Counted from the first letter of the stretch, positions 9,235-17,636 are shown. The stretch: 64,000 nt of DNA from Terriglobia bacterium (GCA_049522495.1 JBEKNU010000002.1:18365-82364); one strand, 5' to 3'. Numbers and translations are program-made. Notes: generated by a model from the sequence alone, not told the origin.

Positions 9235-9696
9235 ATGAGGATTTCTGTAAGTCAAAGGGCGGAGCTGCCTTTCGAGCAGCCAAAGCATCAGAGAAGGGAA
9301 GAGACGTCAGTTTCATCGGTCATTGGCATGCCAACAAAAACCTTACTGCAATCCGTAGGCCGGGCACGACGGTTCGCGCTGCACCTTCGGGTTTACTACC
9401 GGGAACTAAACGGCCGGGAGTGGTTTGAGGGGTGGACAGAAAACATCAGCCGGACGGGCATGCTGTTCACGTGTACCACATCGTTTAGTGTGGATACGCT
9501 TGTGGAGCTGAGGTTACAGCTTGCGGCGGGTGGTGGAAAGGAAGACCCTCCCGCTGAGGTCCTCTGCAAGGGCACAGTTATGCGGGTTGAACGGTTGGGC
9601 GGGTGGGATGCTCCTACCGCTTTGGCCGTGGCAATCCACCCCTATCGCATAACGCGCGGGAATGCACCTTCCAAGGGTTTGATGCCGTTTGCCTGA
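9235..9696 (+). CDS. stand-alone PilZ-domain protein (paralog 1)
   Basis: Frame of ORF 9124..9696. ATG 9235 is preferred (GGAGG 9222-9226, 8-nt spacer). (D/N)xSxxG motif present (TENISRTG). The N-terminal RRxxxR position reads RRFALH. Clear paralog of 15728..16084. Confidence 0.7.
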   Translation: MRISVSQRAELPFEQPKHQRREETSVSSVIGMPTKTLLQSVGRARRFALHLRVYYRELNGREWFEGWTENISRTGMLFTCTTSFSVDTLVELRLQLAAGGGKEDPPAEVLCKGTVMRVERLGGWDAPTALAVAIHPYRITRGNAPSKGLMPFA

Positions 9697-9740
9697 GGAT
9701 CTTGGGGGCTGGGGTTTTGTCAGCTAAAAGGGGAGGTCTG

Positions 9741-10358
9741 ATGCCGATGGAAGAGAGAGGGACGGAACGAATTTCCAGCCTTGTGGAAGCGCGCTGGCAT
9801 GCGCTTTACACGCGCCATCAGCACGAAAGGCTGGTTGCCCACGCTCTGACCGGCAAAGGATTTGATGTCTTCCTGCCCCAGTATCGGGCCATTCATCGCT
9901 GGAAAGACCGCCGGAAGGAACTCGACATGCCGCTTTTCCCCAATTACGTTTTCATTCAGGGTGGGCTTGACCGCATGTTGAACATCCTGACGACACCGGG
10001 CGTTCACTCGCTGGTGGCTTGGGGAGGGCGTCCGGCTGATATTCCCCAAGATGAAATCGATGCGGTGCGCCGGTTGGTTGAAAGCCCTTTGCGAATTCAG
10101 CAACACCCCTTCATCAAGTGCGGAGACCGGGTGCGGATTAAGTCAGGCCCCTTGGAAGGAATCGAAGGGATTCTCGTCCGCAGCAAGAGCGCTTACCGGT
10201 TGGTCCTTTCGGTGGAAATGCTTGCCCGATCTGCCGCCGTGGAGGTTGACGCCAGCATGGTGGAGCGCGTCCGCGGATCCGAACCTGTCCGAAAGGACGA
10301 TTTGAGAATTGACACGGGCGGTCCGGTTGTCGAGCTCGTTGGACCGAGCGGGGCTTAA
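9741..10358 (+). CDS. specialised NusG-family transcription antiterminator (RfaH/UpxY/LoaP-like paralog)
   Basis: Frame of ORF 9603..10358. ATG 9741 follows GGGGAGG. NGN-type block WHALYTRHQHERLVAHALTGKGFDVFLPQY...RRKELDMPLFPNYVFIQG. KOW-type block GDRVRIKSGPLEGIEGILV. About 205 aa. It sits in a polysaccharide locus, not next to secE/rplK. Confidence 0.8.
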   Translation: MPMEERGTERISSLVEARWHALYTRHQHERLVAHALTGKGFDVFLPQYRAIHRWKDRRKELDMPLFPNYVFIQGGLDRMLNILTTPGVHSLVAWGGRPADIPQDEIDAVRRLVESPLRIQQHPFIKCGDRVRIKSGPLEGIEGILVRSKSAYRLVLSVEMLARSAAVEVDASMVERVRGSEPVRKDDLRIDTGGPVVELVGPSGA

Positions 10359-10434
10359 GAGTCATTAGCCCCAGCGGCGCTGATACGGCATTCCGGCCGA
10401 CCGCAACCAGCACTCCCCTAGGGAACCTAACGAG

Positions 10435-11148
10435 ATGAGAATGGATCACAGTGAGCGAGCAGGAATGATGTGGACCTCGAGTGCCAGGACTGGCTTGGTT
10501 CGAATCGTCCTGTCGGCTTGTCTTTTGCTCGCCTCTCATATTGCTCTTGGATCAGATTCCAGCAAAGGGGGAGGGTTCCAGGGCGTCCAGGTCGCCAGTA
10601 TGCTGGGGCCATCGGGGCAGAAAGCAAAGGATCAGCCCAACCCCAGTTCCAAGCAGGCCGACACGGATTACATCATCGGGCCCTCCGACGTCTTGGCGAT
10701 TACTGTTTGGAAGGATGTGGAGCTTACCCGGACCGTTCCGGTGCGCCCGGATGGCAAGATATCACTTCCCCTGATTAATGAGCTGGAAGTGAGCGGTTTA
10801 ACACCCGCCGCGGTGCAGCGGATATTGACACAGAAGCTGAAGGAGTTTATTTCCGATCCGCAAGTTGCGGTGATCGTGCAAGAGGTGAAGAGCCGAACTT
10901 ACAGCGTCCTTGGTAAAGTGGTCAAGCCAGGCGCCTATGAATTGGGAAAACCCACAACGGTTCTGGAGGCCATCGCGGTCGCTGGCGGCTTTTTGGATTT
11001 CGCCAAGCAGAGCAAGATTTACATCATCCGGCCCGTCAGTGGGGGCTCGAACCAGACGCTGCCCTTCGATTACAAGAAGGTTATTAAAGGGCGTAATCCC
11101 GAGCAGAACGTTGAACTCAAGAATGGCGATACGATCGTTGTTCCCTAG
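10435..11148 (+). CDS. short outer-membrane polysaccharide export (OPX, Wza-like) protein: Poly_export + one SLBB domain
   Basis: ORF track. YIIGPSDVLAITVW...VRPDGKISLPLINELEVSGLTPAAVQRIL (PES motif region), then GKVVKPGAYEL...TVLEAIAVAGG (SLBB). Ends at 237 aa right after the SLBB, with no C-terminal amphipathic helix. Confidence 0.85.
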   Translation: MRMDHSERAGMMWTSSARTGLVRIVLSACLLLASHIALGSDSSKGGGFQGVQVASMLGPSGQKAKDQPNPSSKQADTDYIIGPSDVLAITVWKDVELTRTVPVRPDGKISLPLINELEVSGLTPAAVQRILTQKLKEFISDPQVAVIVQEVKSRTYSVLGKVVKPGAYELGKPTTVLEAIAVAGGFLDFAKQSKIYIIRPVSGGSNQTLPFDYKKVIKGRNPEQNVELKNGDTIVVP

Positions 11149-11157
11149 AGAGTACAT

Positions 11158-11808
11158 TTGCGCACCTTCATATGGTTCAGCCTATTCTTGATGTTGTTTC
11201 CAACTGGCCTTGATGGACAAACCGTTTCACCCCCGGCAGACGTGCCAGTTCATGGAGATGCTTTTGAAAACGGCGTGCAGCCTAGAACAGGAGAAGGAGT
11301 TGTTGCCGCACTCGGTTTGCCCACGGATATGAAGTGGACGGGCTTGACTCCTGCGGCAAATCAGGGGCCGGATCACATGGGTTTGGATGCGGCTCATGCC
11401 AGGAATGAAAAGAGCGTTGAATCGGCGTTTCTGAAAGCTCCTCAATTGAGTGGAAGGCGAGGGGTCACCATACGGGAAAGAGTCGCCCTTATCCTTCTGG
11501 GCTTGGCTGTCCACGCCGCTGTAACTTGGGACGCGGAGAGTACAAATCACTTTTTCAGCCATTGCCCAAGCGGCTACAGGCCAACCGAAGTCGATCCGAT
11601 TATGCGCCCTTTCGCGGGCAAAGCCAGCATTTATCCCATGGCGAACCTGCTCTTTGCGGCTCCGTTCGACTTGCTCCTGTATCGAACTCGGTACGGCCAG
11701 AAACTGAGCAGAAGGCTGACTTATGCGGCGGCGAGCGCCTGGGTGGGAGTGGAAATACAGCAGTCAATTATGAACATACGGCACGAGCACATGAACAGTG
11801 GCCGGTAA
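11158..11808 (+). CDS. hypothetical secreted/membrane protein
   Basis: ORF track (TTG start). N-terminal signal-like segment MRTFIWFSLFLMLFPTGLDGQ and an internal hydrophobic segment. No family recognised. Confidence 0.45.
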   Translation: MRTFIWFSLFLMLFPTGLDGQTVSPPADVPVHGDAFENGVQPRTGEGVVAALGLPTDMKWTGLTPAANQGPDHMGLDAAHARNEKSVESAFLKAPQLSGRRGVTIRERVALILLGLAVHAAVTWDAESTNHFFSHCPSGYRPTEVDPIMRPFAGKASIYPMANLLFAAPFDLLLYRTRYGQKLSRRLTYAAASAWVGVEIQQSIMNIRHEHMNSGR

Positions 11809-11852
11809 CGGATGCGCTGCGGCGATTGAACATCACCTGGAGGTAGAATTTC

Positions 11853-13472
11853 TTGGGCGAACAAGATGAAGGCTTGGATGTATTAGTCAACAAGCTTCTA
11901 CGCGTGGCGGTCAAACGCCGCTGGTGGGTGTTTGTGCCCACGGTCGTGGTGGGTTTGGGCGCCTGTGCGGCGACGAGAGTGATCCCCAACCATTACACCT
12001 CAGTGGCCACGATTCTTGTGGCACACCAGCAAGTGCCGGAACGCTACGTTACTCCCAATAGTACCGCTGATCTCCAAGAGCAGCTCATGCTCATGAGAGA
12101 CGAGATTCTTTCGCGCACTCAGTTGCTCAAGATCATCGACGAATTCGGCCTTTACCCCAAGGCGCGGAAGCGTTTGGCGCCTGAGGAGTTGGTGGAAATG
12201 ATACGGAGCGATATTAATCTCGCACCCCCTGAAAAAGCCGGTGAGGCCAAAGACCTTAACTCCTTCAAGATTTCTTACACAGGCAATGATCCGCACATGG
12301 CTCAACGGGTTACCCTCGAGCTCACCACCCTCTTCACCCAAGGATACGAGAAGTCCCGTGAAGAGCAGTCCGCGGGGACGACTAACTTCCTGGACGAGCA
12401 TCTTCAGGCTGCTGCCGAAGATCTGAGGCGACAGGAGGAACTGCAGCGTGATTTTAAGATGAAATACCTCGGTGAACTCCCCGAGCAGCAGCAGGCAAAT
12501 CTGGCAAATCTTGCCGGGTTGCACGCGCAACTTCAGAACACCATGGCCACTATAAGTCATGCCCGCGAGCAACAGGCTTTCAATGAGTCCCTCCTCGCCC
12601 AGTACCAAAATATGGCGGCCGAGGGGATCGCACCGCCGGGGACGGTGGTTGTCAGTCCCACCGAAGCCGCCAGGCAGGAGTTGGCTAAACTCAAGAATGA
12701 AAGAGCCGGTCTCTTGGCGCGTTACACGGACAAATACCCAGACGTGGTGAAACTTGATGAACAAATAAAGGAAGCAGAAGCCACTCTGGCAACAGCGCAA
12801 GCCGCGCCGGCAGCACCGCCGAAGGGGCCCGACCCTGCCACGGGTGAAACAGGCAAGGATATTGCCAAAACGGCCAGTTCCCCTGAGAGAGACGCAGCGA
12901 TCGCCCAACTCCAAAGTCAACTGCAAGCAAACAAATTGGAAGTCCAGGATGGCCTCAAGGAGCAAAAGCAGATTGAATCGCGCATAGCGGAAATCCAAGG
13001 CCGCCTCAACATGACCCCGGTTCGTGAGGAACAGCTTGCGGCTATCCTGCGCGGCTATGACTTGTCAAAGAAAAACTACGACGACTTGCAAAGCAAGAAA
13101 ACGCAATCGGAGTTGGCAACCAGCTTGGAAATACGCCAACAGGGCTCCAAATTCACCGTCATCGACCCCCCCAACCTGCCCGTGAAGCCCTCCGGTTTGG
13201 ACCACATGAAAATCAGCTTGGGCGGTTTGGGGGCGGGCTTGGCACTGGGCGTGGCCGTGGTTTTCCTGCTCGAGGCCAAAGATCACTCGCTGATTGATGA
13301 AAAGGATCTGAGCCGTTTATTTTCCTTCCCCTTGATGGTGGGCATGCCGGCCCTGGTCACTAAAGCCGAAGGCCGCAGGCGTTCGCGCCTACGAATGGTA
13401 GAATGGTTTGTGGGGGCTGCCTTGTGCATGCTGGTTTGCGCGACGGAATTCTACGTTTACCGGCGGGGGTAG
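11853..13472 (+). CDS. polysaccharide co-polymerase / chain-length determinant (Wzz/GumC/EpsF-like, PCP-2b type)
   Basis: ORF track. GGAGG 8 nt upstream of the TTG. N-terminal TM (WWVFVPTVVVGLGACAA), a long coiled-coil periplasmic region, and a C-terminal TM (LGGLGAGLALGVAVVFLL). Confidence 0.85.
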   Translation: MGEQDEGLDVLVNKLLRVAVKRRWWVFVPTVVVGLGACAATRVIPNHYTSVATILVAHQQVPERYVTPNSTADLQEQLMLMRDEILSRTQLLKIIDEFGLYPKARKRLAPEELVEMIRSDINLAPPEKAGEAKDLNSFKISYTGNDPHMAQRVTLELTTLFTQGYEKSREEQSAGTTNFLDEHLQAAAEDLRRQEELQRDFKMKYLGELPEQQQANLANLAGLHAQLQNTMATISHAREQQAFNESLLAQYQNMAAEGIAPPGTVVVSPTEAARQELAKLKNERAGLLARYTDKYPDVVKLDEQIKEAEATLATAQAAPAAPPKGPDPATGETGKDIAKTASSPERDAAIAQLQSQLQANKLEVQDGLKEQKQIESRIAEIQGRLNMTPVREEQLAAILRGYDLSKKNYDDLQSKKTQSELATSLEIRQQGSKFTVIDPPNLPVKPSGLDHMKISLGGLGAGLALGVAVVFLLEAKDHSLIDEKDLSRLFSFPLMVGMPALVTKAEGRRRSRLRMVEWFVGAALCMLVCATEFYVYRRG

Positions 13473-13532
13473 TGGAGTGGGCGAAGCCCACTCGAGCAGC
13501 CCGACGATTCAAAGAAAAAGGGAGCTGAGTTC

Positions 13533-14366
13533 TTGCCGAACCGCTTTTTCAAGCCCGAGACCGAGCACGACATGATGCCCTCCAGCACGGCGGATGAGTT
13601 TCTGAAGGGATTGGAAAGGGCGGAAATCAATCTGCCTTTTCCGGCTGAAACGAGCCCGGTTCCCCCGGATTCCCGCATTGTCGTGCACAGCGATCCGCGG
13701 AGTGCCGGTGCAGACAGGTTCAGACTGGTGCAAATGCGCCTCAAGCACTTGCAGGCTTCGAAAAAGCTAAAAACCCTCCTGGTTACCAGCCCTTTGCCAG
13801 GCGACGGCAAGAGCACCGTGGCCTTAAATCTGGCCACAGCGATGTCCGAAAAGGGAAAGCGGCCCGTGCTCTTGCTGGAGGCCGACGTTTATCGACCATC
13901 TCTGTCAATAAAACTGGGTCTCAAGCCGTGGCCGGGGCTAACGGAGTGTCTTGAAAGCAAGAATGACCCGATGCTGGCAATCCGGCGCATCGATCCCCTG
14001 GGCTTTTACTTTTTGCCCGCAGGGCACCCGACGGAGGGGGGCAGCTTCCTACAGTTTGCCTTCACCTCGCACCTCGTGGAGGGTCTTGCGGCTACCTTCA
14101 AATGGATTCTCATCGATGCACCGCCTACGACCCCCATGGCTGAAATCCTTGCATTGAAGGCACAGTCTGATGCCACATTGCTGGTAGCTCGCGCCGGAAA
14201 GACTCCGCGAGAGGCTATTGAGGAAGCAACCCAGAATATCGGGCGCGATCACATCCTTGGAATCATACTTAACGGCGTAGAAGGGATCGACGCTTACTAC
14301 TCCAAATACTATGGATACGTACAGCCTAAACATCGCGCCAAGCAGTCTTGGTTCAGCCTAAAATAG
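13533..14366 (+). CDS. cytoplasmic BY-kinase (CpsD/CapB/EpsG-like tyrosine autokinase)
   Basis: ORF track. Walker A LLVTSPLPGDGKSTVALNLA, Walker A' LLLEADVYRPS, Walker B ILIDAPP. Tyr-rich tail IDAYYSKYYGYV. Confidence 0.85.
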   Translation: MPNRFFKPETEHDMMPSSTADEFLKGLERAEINLPFPAETSPVPPDSRIVVHSDPRSAGADRFRLVQMRLKHLQASKKLKTLLVTSPLPGDGKSTVALNLATAMSEKGKRPVLLLEADVYRPSLSIKLGLKPWPGLTECLESKNDPMLAIRRIDPLGFYFLPAGHPTEGGSFLQFAFTSHLVEGLAATFKWILIDAPPTTPMAEILALKAQSDATLLVARAGKTPREAIEEATQNIGRDHILGIILNGVEGIDAYYSKYYGYVQPKHRAKQSWFSLK

Positions 14367-14433
14367 AGAACCGGCACCCGTCACCGGTTAATCAACGAGG
14401 ACTAGCACCATCCTTCCCCCTTTCGGCGGTCTT

Positions 14434-14575
14434 GTGCCCGTAACCTCTTAAAAGGATTGGAATTCTGGTGCCACTCGGGCATGTGTTATCAGTCCTATTT
14501 CAACTACACCATCGGGCTATTGTCAGAGTTTTCTAATCAGCTAAGATGGGTGTGCGTCCGGTCAATCCGTTGTTT
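14434..14575 (+). promoter_or_regulatory. conserved EPS-locus promoter/leader element, copy B (putative -35 TTGTCA 14520-14525, -10 TAAGAT 14542-14547)
   Basis: See copy A. Similarity to the copy A region extends much further, roughly 14387-14905 versus 8822-9330. Confidence 0.5.
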
Positions 14576-14807
14576 CAGCGAGGGAATGATCGACTTGGAG
14601 CAAAGATTAAGCCAGGTCGGAGGAGATTCCCCCTCGCCCAACGGGGAACCTCAGTCAGGGTTAATTCAAACCATGTTGGATGCGAGAAGTGATGGGCATA
14701 TTCATAGCAATGAGCGTGCCCAACGCTTGCGATCCTAATTCAGCAGGGGTGGAGGCTGTTTCGGGCGTCCCTTCTCGTACTCGTACGAATTCGGGTCAAG
14801 GCTTACA

Positions 14808-14905
14808 GAGTAAGTGCTTCTGTAAGTCATAGGGCGGAGCTGTATTTTCAACGAATAATTCCTTCAGTCGAGGAAATGGACTTCAGCTTCATTGGTCACG
14901 AACGG
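14808..14905 (+). pseudogene. decayed 5' remnant of a PilZ gene (duplicate of the 9235.. start region)
   Basis: TTCTGTAAGTCATAGGGCGGAGCTG here versus TTCTGTAAGTCAAAGGGCGGAGCTG in PilZ1. The RBS and ATG are lost and an in-frame TAG has been created. Similarity continues (GACTTCAGCTTCATTGGTCA vs GACGTCAGTTTCATCGGTCA). Confidence 0.3.
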
Positions 14906-14974
14906 CAACCCGTTTGAGCTGAGGCAAGAATCAGGCAAGGGCAGAGGGCATCCGGGGCCTGGGACAGACGGCAT

Positions 14975-15451
14975 ATGGAAAGTATGTTCGCAAAGCCAGC
15001 CTCCGTGCTCTGGTGGGTCATAACCCTTGCATGGGCTATACAGATTTTCTTCCTTTCCACTCATGGGTTCAGTCCCCATTACACGGGACGTTGGTTGGCC
15101 CTGGCGCTGGACCTAATGCACCTCCACGTCTCGCTGCGCACCTTCGGGCTTCTGCATGCGGCTCTCCGGAAACTGGCGCACTTGACCGAGTATGGCATTT
15201 TCGCCCTTCTTCTGTACGGTATTCCTAATGGAAAGGGCTTGGAATCCTGGCGATCGAGCCGTGCGGCGATTTGCATTGCGCTCGCCGCCGCTTATTCCCT
15301 CTCGGATGAGTTTCATCAGCTATTTGTTCCTGGACGACATGCCTCGCTTCGCGATTGCGGATTGGACACGCTCGGCGCATCACTGGCCTTGCTCGTGCCC
15401 TATGCCCGGGAACGGATGTCTTTCCTGAGATTCCCCGGCAAGCTCTCCTAA
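14975..15451 (+). CDS. VanZ-like family membrane protein
   Basis: ORF track. Four hydrophobic helices. KLAHLTEYGIFALLL and SDEFHQLFVPGRHASLRDCGLDTLG match the VanZ-like signature. Confidence 0.75.
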   Translation: MESMFAKPASVLWWVITLAWAIQIFFLSTHGFSPHYTGRWLALALDLMHLHVSLRTFGLLHAALRKLAHLTEYGIFALLLYGIPNGKGLESWRSSRAAICIALAAAYSLSDEFHQLFVPGRHASLRDCGLDTLGASLALLVPYARERMSFLRFPGKLS

Positions 15452-15727
15452 GTCCGGGCCTTAAAGAAAAGCACTTCGCCTAATGCCCTGAGGGCTGCCC
15501 ACGCCTGCACTGAAAGGAAGCCCCTATCATGGTTGCGGCACTTGGGCGGGCGACCGCAAGAACGAAGACTAGGATGACACACCGATTTATGGATTTTGTG
15601 AGCAGGTTTCTTTTCTGGGTATTGCACTCCTGAGTTTTCTTTTAACATCCTTGAGTCAATCTGACAAAATCGTATAAAAGGAGACGCGGACTAATCAGAG
15701 ATAATTTCTGTAACCGCGAATACTGCC

Positions 15728-16084
15728 ATGACTGACCCTCGCCTCGAACTGCTCCCCAAAGGCACCATACGGAAAGAACGATTTCCGCTCAGCATTCCTG
15801 TGCGCTACCGCCAGCCACACGAGTCGACCTGGTTCGAGGGCAGGACTGAGAACATCAGTTGCTCGGGAGTACTGTTGCTTGCGGAAGCCTCCTTAGAGCC
15901 AAAGATCACGATTGAACTGAGATTTGAGCTTCCCATTGCCGTCCTCGGGGAAGCACGCGGCGAGGTTGTCTGTAAGGGAACGGTGGTTCGCACCCAAGAG
16001 AATCCCATGGCAGGTATTCCGACAGCCCTGGCGGTGGCGATACGAAGTTATCGCATGACCCGGGGAGGGCAACAAGTTCATTAG
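15728..16084 (+). CDS. stand-alone PilZ-domain protein (paralog 2)
   Basis: ORF track. TENISCSG = (D/N)xSxxG. The RRxxxR position reads ERFPLS. Shares WFEG.TENIS, V.CKGTV.R and PTALAVAI..YR.TRG with PilZ1. Confidence 0.7.
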   Translation: MTDPRLELLPKGTIRKERFPLSIPVRYRQPHESTWFEGRTENISCSGVLLLAEASLEPKITIELRFELPIAVLGEARGEVVCKGTVVRTQENPMAGIPTALAVAIRSYRMTRGGQQVH

Positions 16085-16170
16085 TGCATTTTGGGGAAGG
16101 GATTGACACCTGAACCCGGAACTGGAGTTCAGGAGGAGTGATATGATGGTAGTTGTCTTGGAGAGGTAAT

Positions 16171-17493
16171 TTGAAGAAACTCTTTCCCCTCGCCATGTTC
16201 GCGATCTTGTTGCCCTTAGGTCTTATGGCGCAAACAGCATCGCCCACGGCAGGGGCCGCATCCCAACCAGCAGTTTTTGGCGTTGGATTGCAGACACCGT
16301 TACGGTTCGCGGGAGAGTCCATTCCCACGAACCAAGTTTCGCTGAGCTTGGGCGCCTCGACCTTCTACGACGACAACGTCCTCCAAAGGAACTCAGGCCG
16401 GATCAGAGATGAAGGGGCCAATTTTAGTTCTGATCTAAAGTTTCTAAGGCAGACCGAGAACGTGACATTCAGTTTTGATTACCAGCCTGAGTTTGCCTTA
16501 TACAACAATACTAACCAACTGGACCGGCTCAACCATCTTGGTACTCTGAACCTGACTTACCGAATGAGTTCACGCTTTTATATCGGAATGTATGACACTT
16601 TCAGTTATCTAAACGGCGCCTTTCAATCCCAGCAGATTCTGTCGGGGCTTAGTTCGCCCACCGCCCTGAATCAATCGATCATCCCGTACACGGTCAGAAC
16701 GCTGGCGAATACGAGTGGGTTGAATCTGAGCTTTGTGAAGAGCCATAGGACGTCTCTTACCCTTTCGGGTAATTACGACGAGCGCCGATTCGGAAGCGCC
16801 CAGATCGTGGGTCAGCCGTTGTATAACACCCGGGAAATGAGTGGCGGCTTTCAGTATCAATACCGTATTACCGAGCATACAAGTTTCGGCCTTGCTTTGC
16901 TCCATCAAGATTCCACGTACGATGGGGGCACGGGCTTCGGCGGCAACCGGCGTTTTCAAAACGAAAGCGCGTTCTTCTCCATCCAGTCACGAGTGTCCCC
17001 CACCGTCACCCTGGCGTTCTTCGGCGGGCCGCAATACGCTAGTATCTTTGGCCAGTCTGCGAGCGGGGGTGCGGTGAGACAATTGCAAGGCGCCGGTGGA
17101 GGAAGTATTACCAAAGAGGTTAAGAAGACGGCCTTGGATCTGTCTGTCCAAAGGGCGGCATCCGACAGCGGGGGCCTTTACACCATGGTGGAAAGCACCT
17201 CGGCCACACTGGGAGTGCGCCGGCGCCTGGTTGGACGCTGGGAAGCTGGACTGCACGGCGGCGCTACGAGAGTGGAAACCTCGCTCTTGCACCTTGGCAG
17301 TGGAAAGACGGATGCCTTATTGGGGGGATTTGATCTCACGCGCCCCTTCTCGAATGGCGCGGCCTTCCACGTATCCTACCAAACCTTTCACCAATTGTCC
17401 TCTGGGAGCGTACCCGTTGCGGCGAATTTCGACCGCGACCTCGTAACGGTGGGCATTGATTTCCGACTTAAAGCAATCCCGCTTGGTCATTAA
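16171..17493 (+). CDS. putative integral outer-membrane beta-barrel protein (candidate porin partner of the short OPX)
   Basis: Frame of ORF 16153..17493. TTG 16171 follows GGAGAGG, giving the signal peptide MKKLFPLAMFAILLPLGLMAQ. The sequence is rich in alternating hydrophobic/polar stretches with Y/F/G/N/S/T (FSFDYQPEFALY, LNLTYRMSSRFYIGMYDTFSY, AFHVSYQTF). Confidence 0.55.
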   Translation: MKKLFPLAMFAILLPLGLMAQTASPTAGAASQPAVFGVGLQTPLRFAGESIPTNQVSLSLGASTFYDDNVLQRNSGRIRDEGANFSSDLKFLRQTENVTFSFDYQPEFALYNNTNQLDRLNHLGTLNLTYRMSSRFYIGMYDTFSYLNGAFQSQQILSGLSSPTALNQSIIPYTVRTLANTSGLNLSFVKSHRTSLTLSGNYDERRFGSAQIVGQPLYNTREMSGGFQYQYRITEHTSFGLALLHQDSTYDGGTGFGGNRRFQNESAFFSIQSRVSPTVTLAFFGGPQYASIFGQSASGGAVRQLQGAGGGSITKEVKKTALDLSVQRAASDSGGLYTMVESTSATLGVRRRLVGRWEAGLHGGATRVETSLLHLGSGKTDALLGGFDLTRPFSNGAAFHVSYQTFHQLSSGSVPVAANFDRDLVTVGIDFRLKAIPLGH

Positions 17494-17636
17494 GCGCGCA
17501 GCCCAACTCAAAACTGGCTCCCTGGCGAGAAACGGTCCCAGAAGTGTTTGAGCATTCTCTTCATAGATTTTTAATAATCATGTCGTCGAGGGTTAGCAGC
17601 AACCCCTTACTATACTCCCCGTTATCGGCATTTTTG

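Noticed and set aside
9258-9267. GGCGGAGCTG (also at 14833-14842), resembling the RfaH ops element GGCGGTAGCGTG
   Set aside because: The match needs two 1-nt gaps. The motif is absent from copy C. In copy A it lies inside the PilZ1 coding sequence, so its conservation may simply reflect the duplication. It is kept only as a hypothesis under the NusG-paralog finding.
12000-12998. 332-aa minus-strand ORF antisense to the chain-length determinant gene
   Set aside because: Shadow ORF opposite a gene with clear PCP features. No motifs, and an unusual Leu/Arg/Cys-rich composition.
10435-17493. Possibility that this is a PEP-CTERM/exosortase (EpsH) type locus, because the OPX, PCP, BY-kinase and barrel genes resemble EpsE/F/G/L
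   Set aside because: I found no exosortase-like multi-TM protein and no PEP-CTERM-tailed protein in the window. The 33695-35104 membrane protein looks Wzy/O-antigen-ligase-like instead.
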